Below the pieces are notes generated by a model. That model made no database searches. It was given only the letters and a program-made list of their open reading frames with translations, and was not told the DNA's origin. The translations under genes and the position numbers were made by a program. A stretch of 64,000 nt of DNA from Hypanus sabinus (taxonomy: Eukaryota): the NCBI RefSeq assembly GCF_030144855.1, contig NC_082722.1, positions 31,930,001 through 31,994,000 of the forward strand, read 5' to 3'. Positions 1 to 11,756 of this stretch are shown piece after piece; within the stretch, counting starts at the first letter, position 1, and every line of letters starts with the position of its first letter.

Positions 1-1789
1 GTCTGCAAAGGTGTAACTACAATTAACAGTACATGCATTTTCTTCAGACTGAGTCATTATTAAAACAACCCTGATTTTATACAGTGGTTCCATTGCAGCA
101 GAAGTTAAGTGCTTGAATTACTTCATTCAAACCTAAAGTTCAAGTTTATTTGGACTTCTGAATGTCAATTAATACACTTGACCCAATATAACAAATCAAT
201 TGGTAAATCTCTAACCTTACTGAAGAGATCAAGATGGAATGTAAACTTTTAAGAAGAAAATTATATTCGCTACCAAAAGCACCAACATTCACATTTCTGC
301 AAAGAAAAATGCAGAAAGACTGCAAGCAAATGTGTCAATAGTAAGATTTTTGTTGGATTAATGTAATATGCATTTTTCTGGTACAATGGCCTTTTATTTA
401 TCCTGACTTAAACTTGCAGAAAGCAATATAATAACAGAATATGTGCCTCCAATTGTGGTATGTAATCATTGCACCATTCATTTATAATCCAAGGAATATG
501 GGTATAATATAAAGTTGCACAATACTTGAATTATAGAGAGTAGAATTAAAAAAAGGAATGTGATTTATAATGATTTACAACAGAATAATACGGAAGCCTT
601 AATCAACCATATTAAAATTATAATTATCAAAAACAATGTGTATTTACAATCACTTTCAATCATCAACATACCCAGTCTTTAAAATTACTTCAAATTTATA
701 ATTGTCTAATTGCATATTTTTTATTTTTAAAACTGATTTTTTAATCATTGTAAATGGAAGTAACAATGGAACATTGAATGCACCTAGATTTAATCACCTG
801 TCCTCCCCTTTTAAATAGTCATTTTTGTATCTCAAGCGTCGCTAGTAAGGCCAGTATTTATTGATTCATCAGCTGAGGGACAATGGGAAGTAACAATCAG
901 GAGGAGGGTTCTTTATCCATGATGACAAGACATCATGAGAAATCACTGGATCTGGAGTCAATGCTGATGACCCTAAGCACTACTTCCTCCTTCCAGTATA
1001 CTACTGGGCCATCACTTCTGGTGATTCTATTACACTGATGGGATAAGACATATCAAAGGATTGTGATAGATATTTTCTATCATGTATGATTTCATTGGCA
1101 CAACTATGGCAAGCTATAGGACAAATCTCCCAATTCAGATAACTTCCCCCAGACATCTGTGAGGAGAATTTATCTAGGCTAGGAGCAAATTTTTCATGTC
1201 TTAATTTAGCGCCTTCGTAATTAACATGTGGTCTGTCTAGTTTTATACATTCTCTATTTAAACATAGCAGTGTACAACTGTGGGCACTTAAGAACCAACC
1301 CCACTGGCTGGATCAAGAATCATTCACAGGTCAGACTTGTTATGAAAGGCAGACTTGTTCCCCTGAACAATATTAGTCAGCCAAACAATTATTGAGGACA
1401 ACACTTTCCACTAATTCAAAGTTGTGCATTAGCAACTTAAACATTTCATTTCCTCTTCTGAAAGATGAACCTAGAGGAGATGAGGTCATTACTGAAACAT
1501 CAAGAGAAAAGATATATAAAGATTCGACCAGTGCATAAAACCATATTTTTTGCCATTACAGTGGGAAAATGCACAGCTGTTGATCACATAGAGGAGACCT
1601 GGTGCTCTAACACCCTTAATTACCAAGTTACCTACCAAAAATGACTCTACTGGAGGCAACTAAATAAGATCAATCAGTCACAACAATCTGACAAGTATGT
1701 GATTGGCCAGAATTATAAAACATTGTTTGGACATTTATTTTGATGTACCTTCAACTTTATCAGCTCACCCTGAAGTTAGAATTAGATTT

Positions 1790-3480
1790 AGAATCAGATT
1801 TAATATCACCAGCATATGTTGTGAAATTTGTTGCTTTGTGGCAGCAGTAAAAAAAACTATAAATTACAATAAAAAGTATTCATAAAAATAATTGAAATAA
1901 GTAGCGCTAAAAGAGGGAGGGAAATATTGAGGTTTCTTTTGTCCGTTCAGAAATTTGATGGATGGGAAGAAACTGTTCCTGAAATGTTAAGTGTGCGTCT
2001 TCAGGCTCTTGTACCACCTCCTTGATGGTAGCAATGAGAAGAGGGCCTGCCCTGGATGATGCTGGTCCTAAATGATAGATGCCGCCTTTCTGAGGCATCC
2101 CCTTTTAAAGGTGTCCTGGATGCTGGGGAGGTTAGTGCCCACAATGGAACTGCCTGAGTTTACAACTTTCTGCAGCACTTTTCAATCCTGTGCAGTGGCT
2201 CCTCCATACCAGATGGTGATACAATCAGTTGGAATGCTTTCCACAGTACATCTGTGAAAATTAGTGACTGTCTTTGTTGACATACTCTAATTAAGTATAG
2301 CTGCTGTTCTGCATTCTTTGCAATTGTATCAATATGTTGGACCCAGGACAGATCCTCAGGAGATGTTGACACCCATGAAGCTAAAACTGCTTATCCTTTC
2401 CACTTCCAATCCCCCTACGAGGACTGGTGTGTGTTCCCTCAACTTACCCTTCCTGAAGTGAACAATCCTCGGTCTTAGTGATGTTAAGTGCAAAGTTGTT
2501 GCTGCAACCCACTCAACTAGCTGATCTCACTTTGATGGTCTCTTCATCACCATCTGAAATTCTGGCAACAACAGTGGTGGTGTTGGCAAATTTACATGCC
2601 ATTTGAACTATGCCTAGCCACACAGTTGTGGATGTAGAGAGAGTACAGCAGTAGGCTAAGCATGCATCCTTGAGTTGTGTCAGTGTTGATAGTCAGTGAG
2701 GAGTATATGTTATGATCTCCCAGTGAGTAAGTCAAGGATCCAACTGCAGAGGAAGGTACAGAGGCTCAGGCTTTGCAGCTTTTTGATCAGAACTGAGGGT
2801 ATAATTGTGTTGAACGCTGAGCTGTAGTCATTAAACAGCAGTCTGACATACTGTAAGTATTACTATTGTCCAGGTGATTCAAGGCCACGTGGAGAGCCAG
2901 TGAAATTGCCTCAGTAATCTACACCGGATGCAATAAGCAAATTGCAACAGGTCCAGGTCCTCTCTTAGACAGGAGCTGATTTTAGCCATGACCAATCTAT
3001 CAAAGCACTTCATCACAGTGCCACTGAGCAATAGTTATTGAGGCAGCTCATCCTGTGCGCATGCAGCCTGTTACAACCGCTCCAACTAGTTTTCCGTCTG
3101 TCTGCACTTCTTGGGCACTGGTATGATTGTCACCCTTTTAAAGTAGGTGGGAACCTCTGACTGCAGCAGTGAGAGATAGAACCCTACTAGATAGACCATC
3201 AGGGCCCGATGACTCGCAAGGGTTCACCCCCTTGAAAGATACTCTGATGTCAATCTCCAAGACAGAGATCACGGGGTCACAGGATGCTGCAGGGATTTGT
3301 GTAGGTGTAGTTTTATTCTCCTTTCCAAAGAGCTCATTTGGGAGTGAAGCATCACGGCCATTTATAATGTTAGGTTTTGCTTTGCAGTAAGTAATGGCCT
3401 TCAAACCCTGCCAGAGCGTATGCAACTGATTTCATCTCTAACCTCAAGTGGAATTGTTTTTTTCACTCTTAAGATAACTT
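1790..3480 (-). mobile_element. Degenerate non-LTR retrotransposon (Rex/Babar-like LINE), 3' part
   Basis: Minus-strand fragments LWQGLKAITYCKAK...SLPNEL, SGPDGLSSRVL and EDLSWVQHIDTIAKNAEQQLYLIR, typical of the RT and C-terminus of this clade. Many stops and frameshifts; boundaries approximate. Confidence 0.7.
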
Positions 3481-3814
3481 TCTGAAAAGTTCAGAAGTTT
3501 CTGACAACTAGAGAATGAAGGGCGTGTTCTAGGAAACACACAAGTGAGCTACAGACCAATCTATGAAAATAACCTGGAAAACACCCAAAATTATTCTCAT
3601 TAGCAGTGAAGTAGGTATAATTTGTAGCCAATACTGCCACCTTGGTTTCTTGTAGAAAATTAAATTGACAAACAATTTTACAAAAAAGCAACACATACTC
3701 AATTTGTTATGAAAGTTGTTTCAGCATCTTGGGTACAAACTCAGATTCATATATTCTATTACATACAAGAGTATTTCTTTTAAAACACAGAAAAATATTA
3801 ATTATAATGGATCA

Positions 3815-3997
<183 letters not shown>

Positions 3998-4329
3998 TTA
4001 TGATTGCGATGTGCAATGATTAACATGTGATTAAGTGCACACTAGACATAAGAATTCTGTTACAAGGCCAGCAGTTTACCGCTGGATTGAGAATATGGGG
4101 TAAAGAATATACTGATTTACAATACGGCTATTTCCTACAAGAGGTATTATATTGAAATAGGTACTTTTTTAACCTTGGAAGTTTTGAGAACATTTAAGAT
4201 ATTTAACCCAAGATGTTGCTCAGAAGATTTGTAAAATATGCATACCACACACTCATTCATCATTACATTGGCAAATGCATTGATCCTACTGACATTAACT
4301 ATAAACCCACTGTCTCCCACCATCCTTCA

Positions 4330-5390
4330 TCGTCTACCCTTCCTCACTATTTTCTTTGAGGCCAACCTTACCCCAACATCCTGTTATGTTCATCCCCAAT
4401 CACAGACTCCATCCTGTTCCACGGCACTTTCCCCTGCAACTAAGATGTGCAATACTTGTCCCTATATCTCATCACCACCATCAAAACAGCTCTTCTGAGT
4501 CAGGCAAAGATTCACATGCACATCCCCCACTGCATTCGGTCCTACAAGGTCAATAAACCACCATTTTTCTTTCATTCATGTGCCTATCTAGGAGTCTTTC
4601 ATCTGTCCCTAATGTATCAGCCTCTACAACCACCCTGAAAGTGCATTCCAGACATTTACCATTCTCTCTGTTTAAAAAAACCTATACCTCTGACATCTCC
4701 CTTAAACTTCCCCACATTCACCTTAAAAGGATGCTTTCTAATTGTGATCTCCTATGTCCCTCCCTACATTGACAAGTCCAAATGTAGACCAAGGCGGCTA
4801 TTTTGTTGAATGCTCATTCTTTGTCCGCAATAGACATCCTGACCACTGGAGTTCACGACATTTCAACTCCCCTTCACATCCTCACTCCAACCTGTCTGTC
4901 TGCGGCTCTCTGAACCACCAAGTGACACCAAACACAAATTAGATGAACAACATCTCATATTTCATCTGGGTACTCTACAAAATTGAATTTTCCAGTTTCA
5001 GACAGACCACATTTCCAGTTCCTTTCTACCTCTTTTTGATACAGCTATCTCACCCAGTTCCCCTACCTCACCTGGTTCTACCTGCCTATCACTAACTCAC
5101 TATACTTACTGAGTCTCCTAATTCTCCGCCCTTCTCCCCCCCCCCCCCCCCCCCAACTCACTGATTCCACCTGCCCAGCATCTTTCCCTTATCTGGCTCC
5201 CTGTCACCTTCTGCCTTGGACTCCAGCTGCCCATCATTTTTCTCTTCACCTATTTCCACCCATCACCTGCCAGCCCCTCGCTTTTCTTCTTTATACTGGC
5301 TATCTCCCCTCTACACTTTCAGTCCCAATGCAAAAGATCCTCCACAGACAATGACTGACCAACTGAGTTCCTCCATCTGCTCTTTTTTAT
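4330..5390 (+). mobile_element. Degenerate Penelope-like element: GIY-YIG-region remnant, pyrimidine-rich tail and decayed terminal motif
   Basis: CNTCPYISS and HFNSPSHPHSNLSVCG remnants. Ends in a decayed cagtc...gactg / ctgagttcctcca motif shared with short repeats elsewhere in the window. Confidence 0.5.
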
Positions 5391-5734
5391 TGCTTTGTAT
5401 GATATACAAATTTACAACAGTGGTGAGAATATCAATATATATGTAGGAGTTTCCTTCTTTACTTCTGTAGCTTTGACTCTTTAATTTTATTCTGAAGTTT
5501 TGAAATGCTGTAAAAATTAACCGCTTCATCAAAATGTTCATGAGGGAACAGGACCATTTGTAGTTACCAAAAATAGTATTAACCTTTTCACCAATTACAT
5601 GTTACACTTCTGATTTATTACACTAATCTTTCCAGCCCTCATAGTTTAATTCTTCCATGCCCATGATCATGTAACTGTTTTCTAAAAACCTTCTTAGAGT
5701 AAGATCATTAAGTACTGGTGGCTTCAAGACTTAC

Positions 5735-5778
5735 ACAAGCTGTGCGACTGTCAGTGCTCTCTGAGCATCAGCTGTTCC
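5735..5778 (-). CDS. DUS2: DUS2 coding exon 4, GTADAQRALTVAQL(V)
   Basis: 44-nt exon, ttttattgcag| ... |gtaagt. Matches human GTSDAERALAVARLV. Confidence 0.95.
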
Positions 5779-6249
5779 CTGCAATAAAAAAATTGAAAAT
5801 ATAATTGCAAATATAATTGAAAGCTTTAGGGACATCAATGAGCTTTTATATAAATGTCCTAACTTTGCAAAAAGAAGCAGCCATTGAACATGATGCCATC
5901 ATATTTTTCGAAATACTGTTTTCAAGTTGTAAACTGATGGTAAATTTTGCAGAATTCATTTGATTAATCACAATAGGACACATCATATTTAAGCAGTTAA
6001 AGCCAATATGCTTTTGAGCAGCAGAGACTTCCAAAAGTATTCTGGCCATTAAACAAAAATATGATGTTTATAGGTGACCAATGCTTCTCTCTTTACCTAT
6101 ATCTAAAGAAGTTACCAGCAGATTAATATTTCTACAAGCTTTCCACACAAAAGTTAGCAGCTAAATTTCCTCAATTACACAGTAACTATACCTCCAAAAA
6201 GGATACTAAATTGATATCAAGGTCATTGGACGTTATCTACAATAAAATT

Positions 6250-7120
6250 CAGATTAAGTTTATTTGTCATTTAGAAACCACAAATGCAATGCAGTTAAAA
6301 AATGAGACAACGTTCCTCCAGAATGATATGACAAAACAGACGACACCAGAAAATCCACATAATGCTTGGCAATCCCCAATCCAGAGTGCGGAGAGGCTAC
6401 TGCGTATTAATATCACGCTACCGTCTTAACGCGTTCCCCGGAAAGGAGCTCCAGAACCACCAGACAAAACAGGACCAAAAACTAAAGCTACAAGATCTGC
6501 ACAAAACCACATAGTTACAATATATAGTTATAGCAGTGCAAACAATAGCATAATTGATAAAAAAAAACAGACCATGGGCACAGTAAAAATAGTCCAAAGA
6601 TGATAAAAGACTATAAGTTCAAAAGAACTTATACAGTTTCACAAGTTTCCACAGGTCCCCAGGGTCCGAACAGACTCGCCATCCCACACAGGCGGCAGAA
6701 GGAACTGCCCCCGCTATGGACTTCCACAGCGCCGCCTGACTCAGCCTCCCAGACGCTGCACACAATGAAAGCTCCGTTGACCCCAGCCTCGCAGACGCAG
6801 CACACACCGAAAGCGACCTGGCGGACTCCGAGTCTGTCGAACCTCCGAGCTGACGACCATCCCCTCCGGCATAGCTTCTCCGAGCACCATCCTCTGCCGA
6901 GAGTATTAAGACGGCCCCGCCAACGGCCACTGGCAACGCAACCCCAAGGACTGGGGGCCTGTTCTTTCCAGCAGAGTCCCGGACCTCACAGTAGCAGCAG
7001 CAATGAAGAAGGTCTTCCTGGAGATTTCCCGATGTTCCTCCATGCTCCCACATCCATTTTCAATCGATTATGATTGTGGACGGCACCCCACTTCACAAAT
7101 AACAGATGCACCGCCATCTT
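6250..7120 (-). mobile_element. Probable non-autonomous LINE-derived repeat (GC-rich 5' part joined to a LINE-type 3' tail)
   Basis: Minus strand starts aagatggcgg (YY1-like, common at LINE 5' ends) and has a CpG-rich body with an imperfect ~42-bp tandem duplication (~6740-6815). It ends in a tgacaaataaact tail like the Rex-type LINE 3' ends here. Confidence 0.45.
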
Positions 7121-7159
7121 GGAAATATACAAAAATAAACAAAATATACATTCTATGGC

Positions 7160-7656
7160 CACTTCATGATGTACACCAGCCGATTACGTGGCAGCAACTG
7201 AATGCATAGAAGTATGGAAACATAGTCAAGAGGATCAGTTGCTGTACAGACCAAACATCAGAATGGGGAAGAAACATAATCTAAGTGACTTTGAATGTAG
7301 GATGATTGTTGGTATCTGATGTAATGGTTTACGTATCTCAAACAATGCTGATCTCCTGGGATTTTTACTCTCAATAATCACTAGAGCTTACAGAAATTGG
7401 TGTGAAAAACAAAAAAATAATAGTAGTAGTTCTGTTGGCGAAAATGCCTTGTTAATGAGAGGTCAAAGCAGATTAGTTTAACTGGTTCAAGTTGACAGGA
7501 AAGTGACAGTAATTCAAATAGCAATACATACAACAGCAATGTGCAGAACAACATCTCTGAATGCACAACACCTTAAATCTTGAAGTGGATGGGCTACAGC
7601 AGCAGAAGAACACACTGGTTCTACACCTGAAGCTAATAAAGTGGTCACTGAGTGTA
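7160..7656. mobile_element. Tc1/mariner-type non-autonomous element remnant
   Basis: Ends ctaataaagtggtcactgagtg-TA. Same family as 49128-49647, which is in the opposite orientation. Confidence 0.6.
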
Positions 7657-7867
7657 AGTAGGCCCTTACACCTAAATTGGCCATGCAATAAGATCAGGAT
7701 CGTCCTTTTACTATTAAAAAAATTAAATACTGTTTCCTTCTTAAGGCATTCCACGTTAAAAAACAAACAGCAAAGATGCATATATCAGGATAATCTTTAT
7801 TGACTGCAGCTCGCCATTCAATATTATGATCCCCTTAAAACTAATCAGTAAGCTTCAAGACCTAGGT

Positions 7868-8082
7868 TGTAGCGGTGTGCTACACGCAGCGCTAAAATTA
7901 TGACACGGAGTCGGTAACTGCAGTCGAAGGAAAAAACTTTATTCGAAAACTTCAGCCTCACTTTTAAGCCTCCCTCAACCGGCCCCCCATGGCGCAGAGG
8001 CTCCAAAGCTCTGTGCTCGCAAACCCCCGTAGGCTATCTAATTGTGAGTCGGTTCGGATGCGCCAGGAAATGGGTCGCCACA
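7868..8082 (-). repeat. 3' LTR (215 bp)
   Basis: Direct repeat of 9225-9439 with 3 substitutions by eye; the purine tract at 8086-8104 is adjacent. Confidence 0.95.
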
Positions 8083-8104
8083 TAACCGCCCCCCCCCCCC
8101 CCCC

Positions 8105-8525
8105 AGAACCGGCGATACACCCCCCAATGTCCACAGTCTGGGCCAGAACCTGCTTGGGAGGTCGGCCTCTGCGCCGGAAACTCGGCTGGTTGCGCCAGGT
8201 CCACATGGGCCGGTTTGAGGCTGTCCACCGTGAAAACCTCCTCTTTCCCCCCAACGTCCAGCACGAACGTGGACCCGTTGTTCCAGCCGAACTGTAGCTG
8301 CACCTGACGGGTGCCATAGGTCCTTACTGTGCTGCCATTCACAGCCCTCAGGGGGGGACCCGGTGCCCTGCTGCGGGTGTTGTAACTCGTCGGAGGTAAA
8401 ACGCTGATCTCAGCCCCAGTATCGACCAAAAACCGGCGTCCCGACCTTCTATCCCACACATACAGGAGGCTATCCCGATGGCCAGCCGCCGTAGCCATCA
8501 GTGGCGGCTGGCCCTGGCGTTTCCC
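8105..8525 (-). pseudogene. pol remnant: N-part of aspartic protease (FLVDTGAEISVLP) fused in frame to integrase C-terminus (NNGSTFVLDVGGKEEVFTVDSLKPAH); RT, RNase H and integrase core deleted
   Basis: ORF 8034-8588 in the track, with the junction near 8282-8290. Confidence 0.85.
8468..8525 (-). other. Programmed -1 ribosomal frameshift signal: slippery G GGA AAC plus stem/pseudoknot
   Basis: GGGAAAC at 8525-8519, a 5-nt spacer, then an 11-bp stem GGCCAGCCGCC/GGCGGCTGGCC (8513-8503 / 8490-8480). Loop GGCTA is complementary to downstream TAGCC (8472-8468). pol is in the -1 frame relative to gag. Confidence 0.8.
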
Positions 8526-9184
8526 GGGAACTTGCAGGGCGGGCGACAACGGCGGGCTTCTGCACCCCACCGCTGGTAGTAGAAGCACCAGTGTTCATTG
8601 GGCCGGGGGTTGGCGGGCTCTGCGGCCAGGCCTGGACTGGTTTGCTGCCGGGAGCGTGGCTGGGAGACCTGTGCGATGGACGCCCCGCTCACCTTTTTGG
8701 CGTTCCACAGCAAGTCCGCCCGGGCTGCCACCTTCCGGGGGTCACTGAAATCCGCGTCGGATAGCAGCAGGCGTATGTCCTCGGGCAGCTGCTCCAGGAA
8801 TGCCTGCTCAAACATGAGGCATGTGTGTCCGTCGGCCAGAGACAACATCTCATTCATTAAAGCCGATGGAGGTCTGTCGCCCAAGCCATCCAGGTGCAGT
8901 AAACGGGCAGCCCGCTCGCGCCGTGAGAGTCCGAAAGTCCTGAGGAGCAGGGCTTTGAATTCCGTATACTTGCCGTCTGCCGGGGGCAACTGTACGAACT
9001 CCGCGACCTGGGCCGCTGTGTCCTGGTCGAGGGAGCTCACCACGTAGTAGTAGCGGGTGTCTTCTGAGGTGATCTAGCGAACGTGGAATTGGGCTTCGGC
9101 TTGCTGGAACCATAGGTCCGGGCGCTGTGTCCAGAAACCCGGCAGTTTCAACGAAACCGCATGAACAGAGGCGGCGTCGGTCAT
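8498..9184 (-). pseudogene. Gypsy gag with one premature stop
   Basis: ATG at 9184: MTDAASVHAVSLKLPGFWTQRPDLWFQQAEAQFHVR*ITSEDTRYYYVVSSL...; TAG at 9074-9076. C-terminal CFYYQRWGAEARRCRPPC is knuckle-like. Confidence 0.85.
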
Positions 9185-9208
9185 TTCTGGTCCAAAAATC
9201 GTTTGGAC

Positions 9209-9222
9209 CGTCGGGGTCACCA
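9209..9222 (-). promoter_or_regulatory. Primer-binding site complementary to the tRNA-Trp 3' end
   Basis: TGGTGACCCCGACG, 2 nt after the 5' LTR. Confidence 0.9.
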
Positions 9223-9224
9223 AT

Positions 9225-9439
9225 TGTAGCGGTGTGCTACACGCAGCGCTAAAATTATGACACGGAGTCAGTAACTGCAGTCGAAGGAAAAAACTTTATT
9301 CGAAAACTTCAGCCTCACTTTTAAGCCTCCCTCAACCGGCCCCTCATGGCGCAGAGGCTCCAAAGCTCTGTGCTCGCAAACCCTCGTAGGCTATCTAATT
9401 GTGAGTCGGTTCGGATGCGCCAGGAAATGGGTCGCCACA
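9225..9439 (-). repeat. 5' LTR (215 bp)
   Basis: TGTGGCG...CTACA on the minus strand; contains AATAAA. Confidence 0.95.
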
Positions 9440-9450
9440 AGGTGTCAATA

Positions 9451-10224
9451 CAGTTGGCCCTCCTTATCCACGAGGGATTGGTTCTGGGACCCCTAGTGGA
9501 TACCAAAAAACACAGATGCTCGTCCCTTATTTAACCTGAATCAGTGCAGTGGTCTTTAGGACCCAGCAGAACCCCGAACTTTATTTAACACGTTCAGTGC
9601 GGTGGACATTAGGACCCGGCGCAGCTCTGAATCCGCCGTGTTTCTGTTCACGAAAAATAATCACAATCACGGTTGAAAATAAGGTGGAAGAAATAAAGCG
9701 ATCAGAAAGAGGTGAAACACCATCGGTCATTGGAAAAGCATTAGGCCCCAGTCGGTCAACAATCGGAACAATCTTAATGGAGCATGTGAAAGGCCCTGCC
9801 CCGATGAAAGCTACAATTATTACTAAGCAATGCAGTGGTTTAATTATTGAAATACGTATGTTTCTTAAGAGTTTTATATACATAGAAAGGTAAAATATGT
9901 ACTATATACTAAGAAAAACATTTGACTAACTGATGCTAAATAATACCGGATTACCTGTTCCAACCTCAAATCCGACTTAAAGACAGACTCAGGAATGGAA
10001 CTCATTCATAACCCGGGGACTGCCTGTACTTTTAAATCATTTCTAGATTTTTTATTATACCTAAGACAACGTAAATGCTATGTAAATAGTTGTTATACTG
10101 TATTGTTTACGGAATAATGACAAGAAAAAATAGTCTGTACATGCTCAAACGAGAGCTGGAGAGACAACTTCTGGGTTTTCCCCATCCACGGTTGGTTGAA
10201 TCTGCGGATAAGGAGGGCCGACTG
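9451..10224 (+). mobile_element. Tigger/pogo-type non-autonomous DNA transposon (composite)
   Basis: TA-cagttggccctccttatc ... gataaggagggccgactg-TA. Internal CENP-B/psq HTH remnant ITVENKVEEIKRSERGETPSVIGKALGPSRSTIGTIL, plus an inner TIR of a second Tigger family near 10007-10026. Confidence 0.85.
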
Positions 10225-10928
10225 TACCCCCTTGTGCAATTGGATCTTTGATTTCCTCACTTCAGACCAGTCAGTTTGGATTGGCAACAACATCTCCTCC
10301 ACAATCTCCATCAGCACAGGTGCAACAGAAAGCTGTGTGTTTAGCTCCTTGCTTTACTCACTTTATACTTATGACTGTGTGGCTAAGCATAGCTTCAAAG
10401 CCATATTTAGGTTTGCTAAAGACACAACTGTCACTGGCAAAATCAAAGGTGGTGATGAATCAACATACAGGAGGGAGACTGAAAGTCTGGCTGAGTGGTG
10501 CCACAACATTCTCCCACTCAATGATAGCAAGACCAAGGAGCTGATTATTAACTTCAGAAGGAGGAAACCAGAGGTCCATGAGCCAGTGCTCATCAGGGGA
10601 TTAGAGGTGGAAAGGGTCAGGAACTTAAAATTCCTCAGTGTTATCATTTCAGAGGACTTGTCCTGGGTTGAGCACACAAGTGCCATTATGAAGAAAGCAT
10701 GGCAACACCTCTACTTTCTTAGAAGTTTGTGAAGATTCAGCATAACTTCTAAAACTTTAACTAACTTCTGTAGATGTGTGGTGGAGAGTATATTGATTAA
10801 TGGCATTTTGGTGTAGTATGGAAGCACCAATGCCCTTGAATGGAAAAGCCTACAAAAAGTAGAGGATACAGCCGTCACAATAAAGTTCTTCCAACCATTC
10901 AACAGAGTGCTGTTACCATCATCAAGGA

Positions 10929-11756
10929 CAGGGATCACCAATCTTTTTTCCACCACGGACCGGTTTAATATTGACAATATTCTTGTGGACTGGCCGACCA
11001 AGGTGGGGGAGGGGTGTTAATCACAACCGGAATATAGGTAATAAGTCAACTATGAGTCACTTATAAGTGGCTAATACACTTAATTTCATTTCTAAAAGGG
11101 TTTATTTAATGAATTTAATATTAAACACAGCGCATATTTTCCTCGCATGAATATAGTGGTAAGTCAATTATAGGTCACTTATAAGTCAATAGCATCACAA
11201 CATTTTAAGTAACGTTTGGATATTAAACACACAGCGAATATTTTCCTCGTATGAACATATAAAATCATTGCAACACACCAGTGAGAGGGCAAGGTAAGGG
11301 CCGAAAGTCCCCATACCGGGGCCATGGCGGTTGCAGTCCGGAAAGCGACTGAGGAGTGTGACAGGGCGTATGCCCACCCTCCTTGTAGGTAGGTACGATC
11401 TATCGACTGACAAAAGGTTGTCTCGAGGGATGACTTTCAGTAGATAGCTGCGAGGTAACTGCTCTGCTACTTACGAAACCCTGAGCCTGAATTAGATCGT
11501 CTTGAGAATATTTTAGCATCGGGTTCCCCACGAACATTCGGTGTCAGGTTTAGAGGCGGCGCCCATCTGTCCGCGCTCCAGGCCAGCCTCACTAGGCCGC
11601 CGGTTACCTGAGGCCAACTGGCACGAGGATATCACTGCGCTTAGGCGACTGATGACCTCGCGTGCATTCAAGTTCAACAGTGGGAGCAATAGGGAACGAG
11701 GAACGGTGAAGCCGGCTCATATCGTTTCCTCACAGCCGGGTGGTTGGGGACCACTG
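10929..11756. mobile_element. hAT (Charlie-like) non-autonomous element carrying a 28S rRNA fragment
   Basis: Imperfect TIRs cagggatcaccaa / ttggggaccactg and a perfect 8-bp TSD ATCAAGGA (10921-10928, 11757-11764). Confidence 0.85.
11409..11640 (-). pseudogene. 28S rRNA 3'-terminal fragment, diverged and non-functional
   Basis: Minus strand reads ...GTTCGTGGGGAACC...GGGTTTCGTAAGTAGCAGAGCAGTTACCTCGCAGCTATCTACTGAAAGTCATCCCTCGAGACAACCTTTTGTC, the conserved LSU rRNA 3' end. The upstream boundary is approximate. Confidence 0.85.

Larger units (their letters stand above)
7868..9439 (-). mobile_element. Internally deleted Ty3/Gypsy LTR retrotransposon
   Basis: Two 215-bp TG...CA LTRs, 4-bp TSD AGGT (7864-7867 and 9440-9443), tRNA-Trp PBS, poly-G PPT, gag and a protease/integrase-tail fusion. 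Confidence 0.95.

Noticed and set aside
6600-7073. 157-aa and 144-aa ORFs on opposite strands
   Set aside because: They lie in a GC-rich repeat, with no homology or splice support.
11409-11640. Functional rRNA gene
   Set aside because: Only a short diverged 3' fragment inside a transposon.
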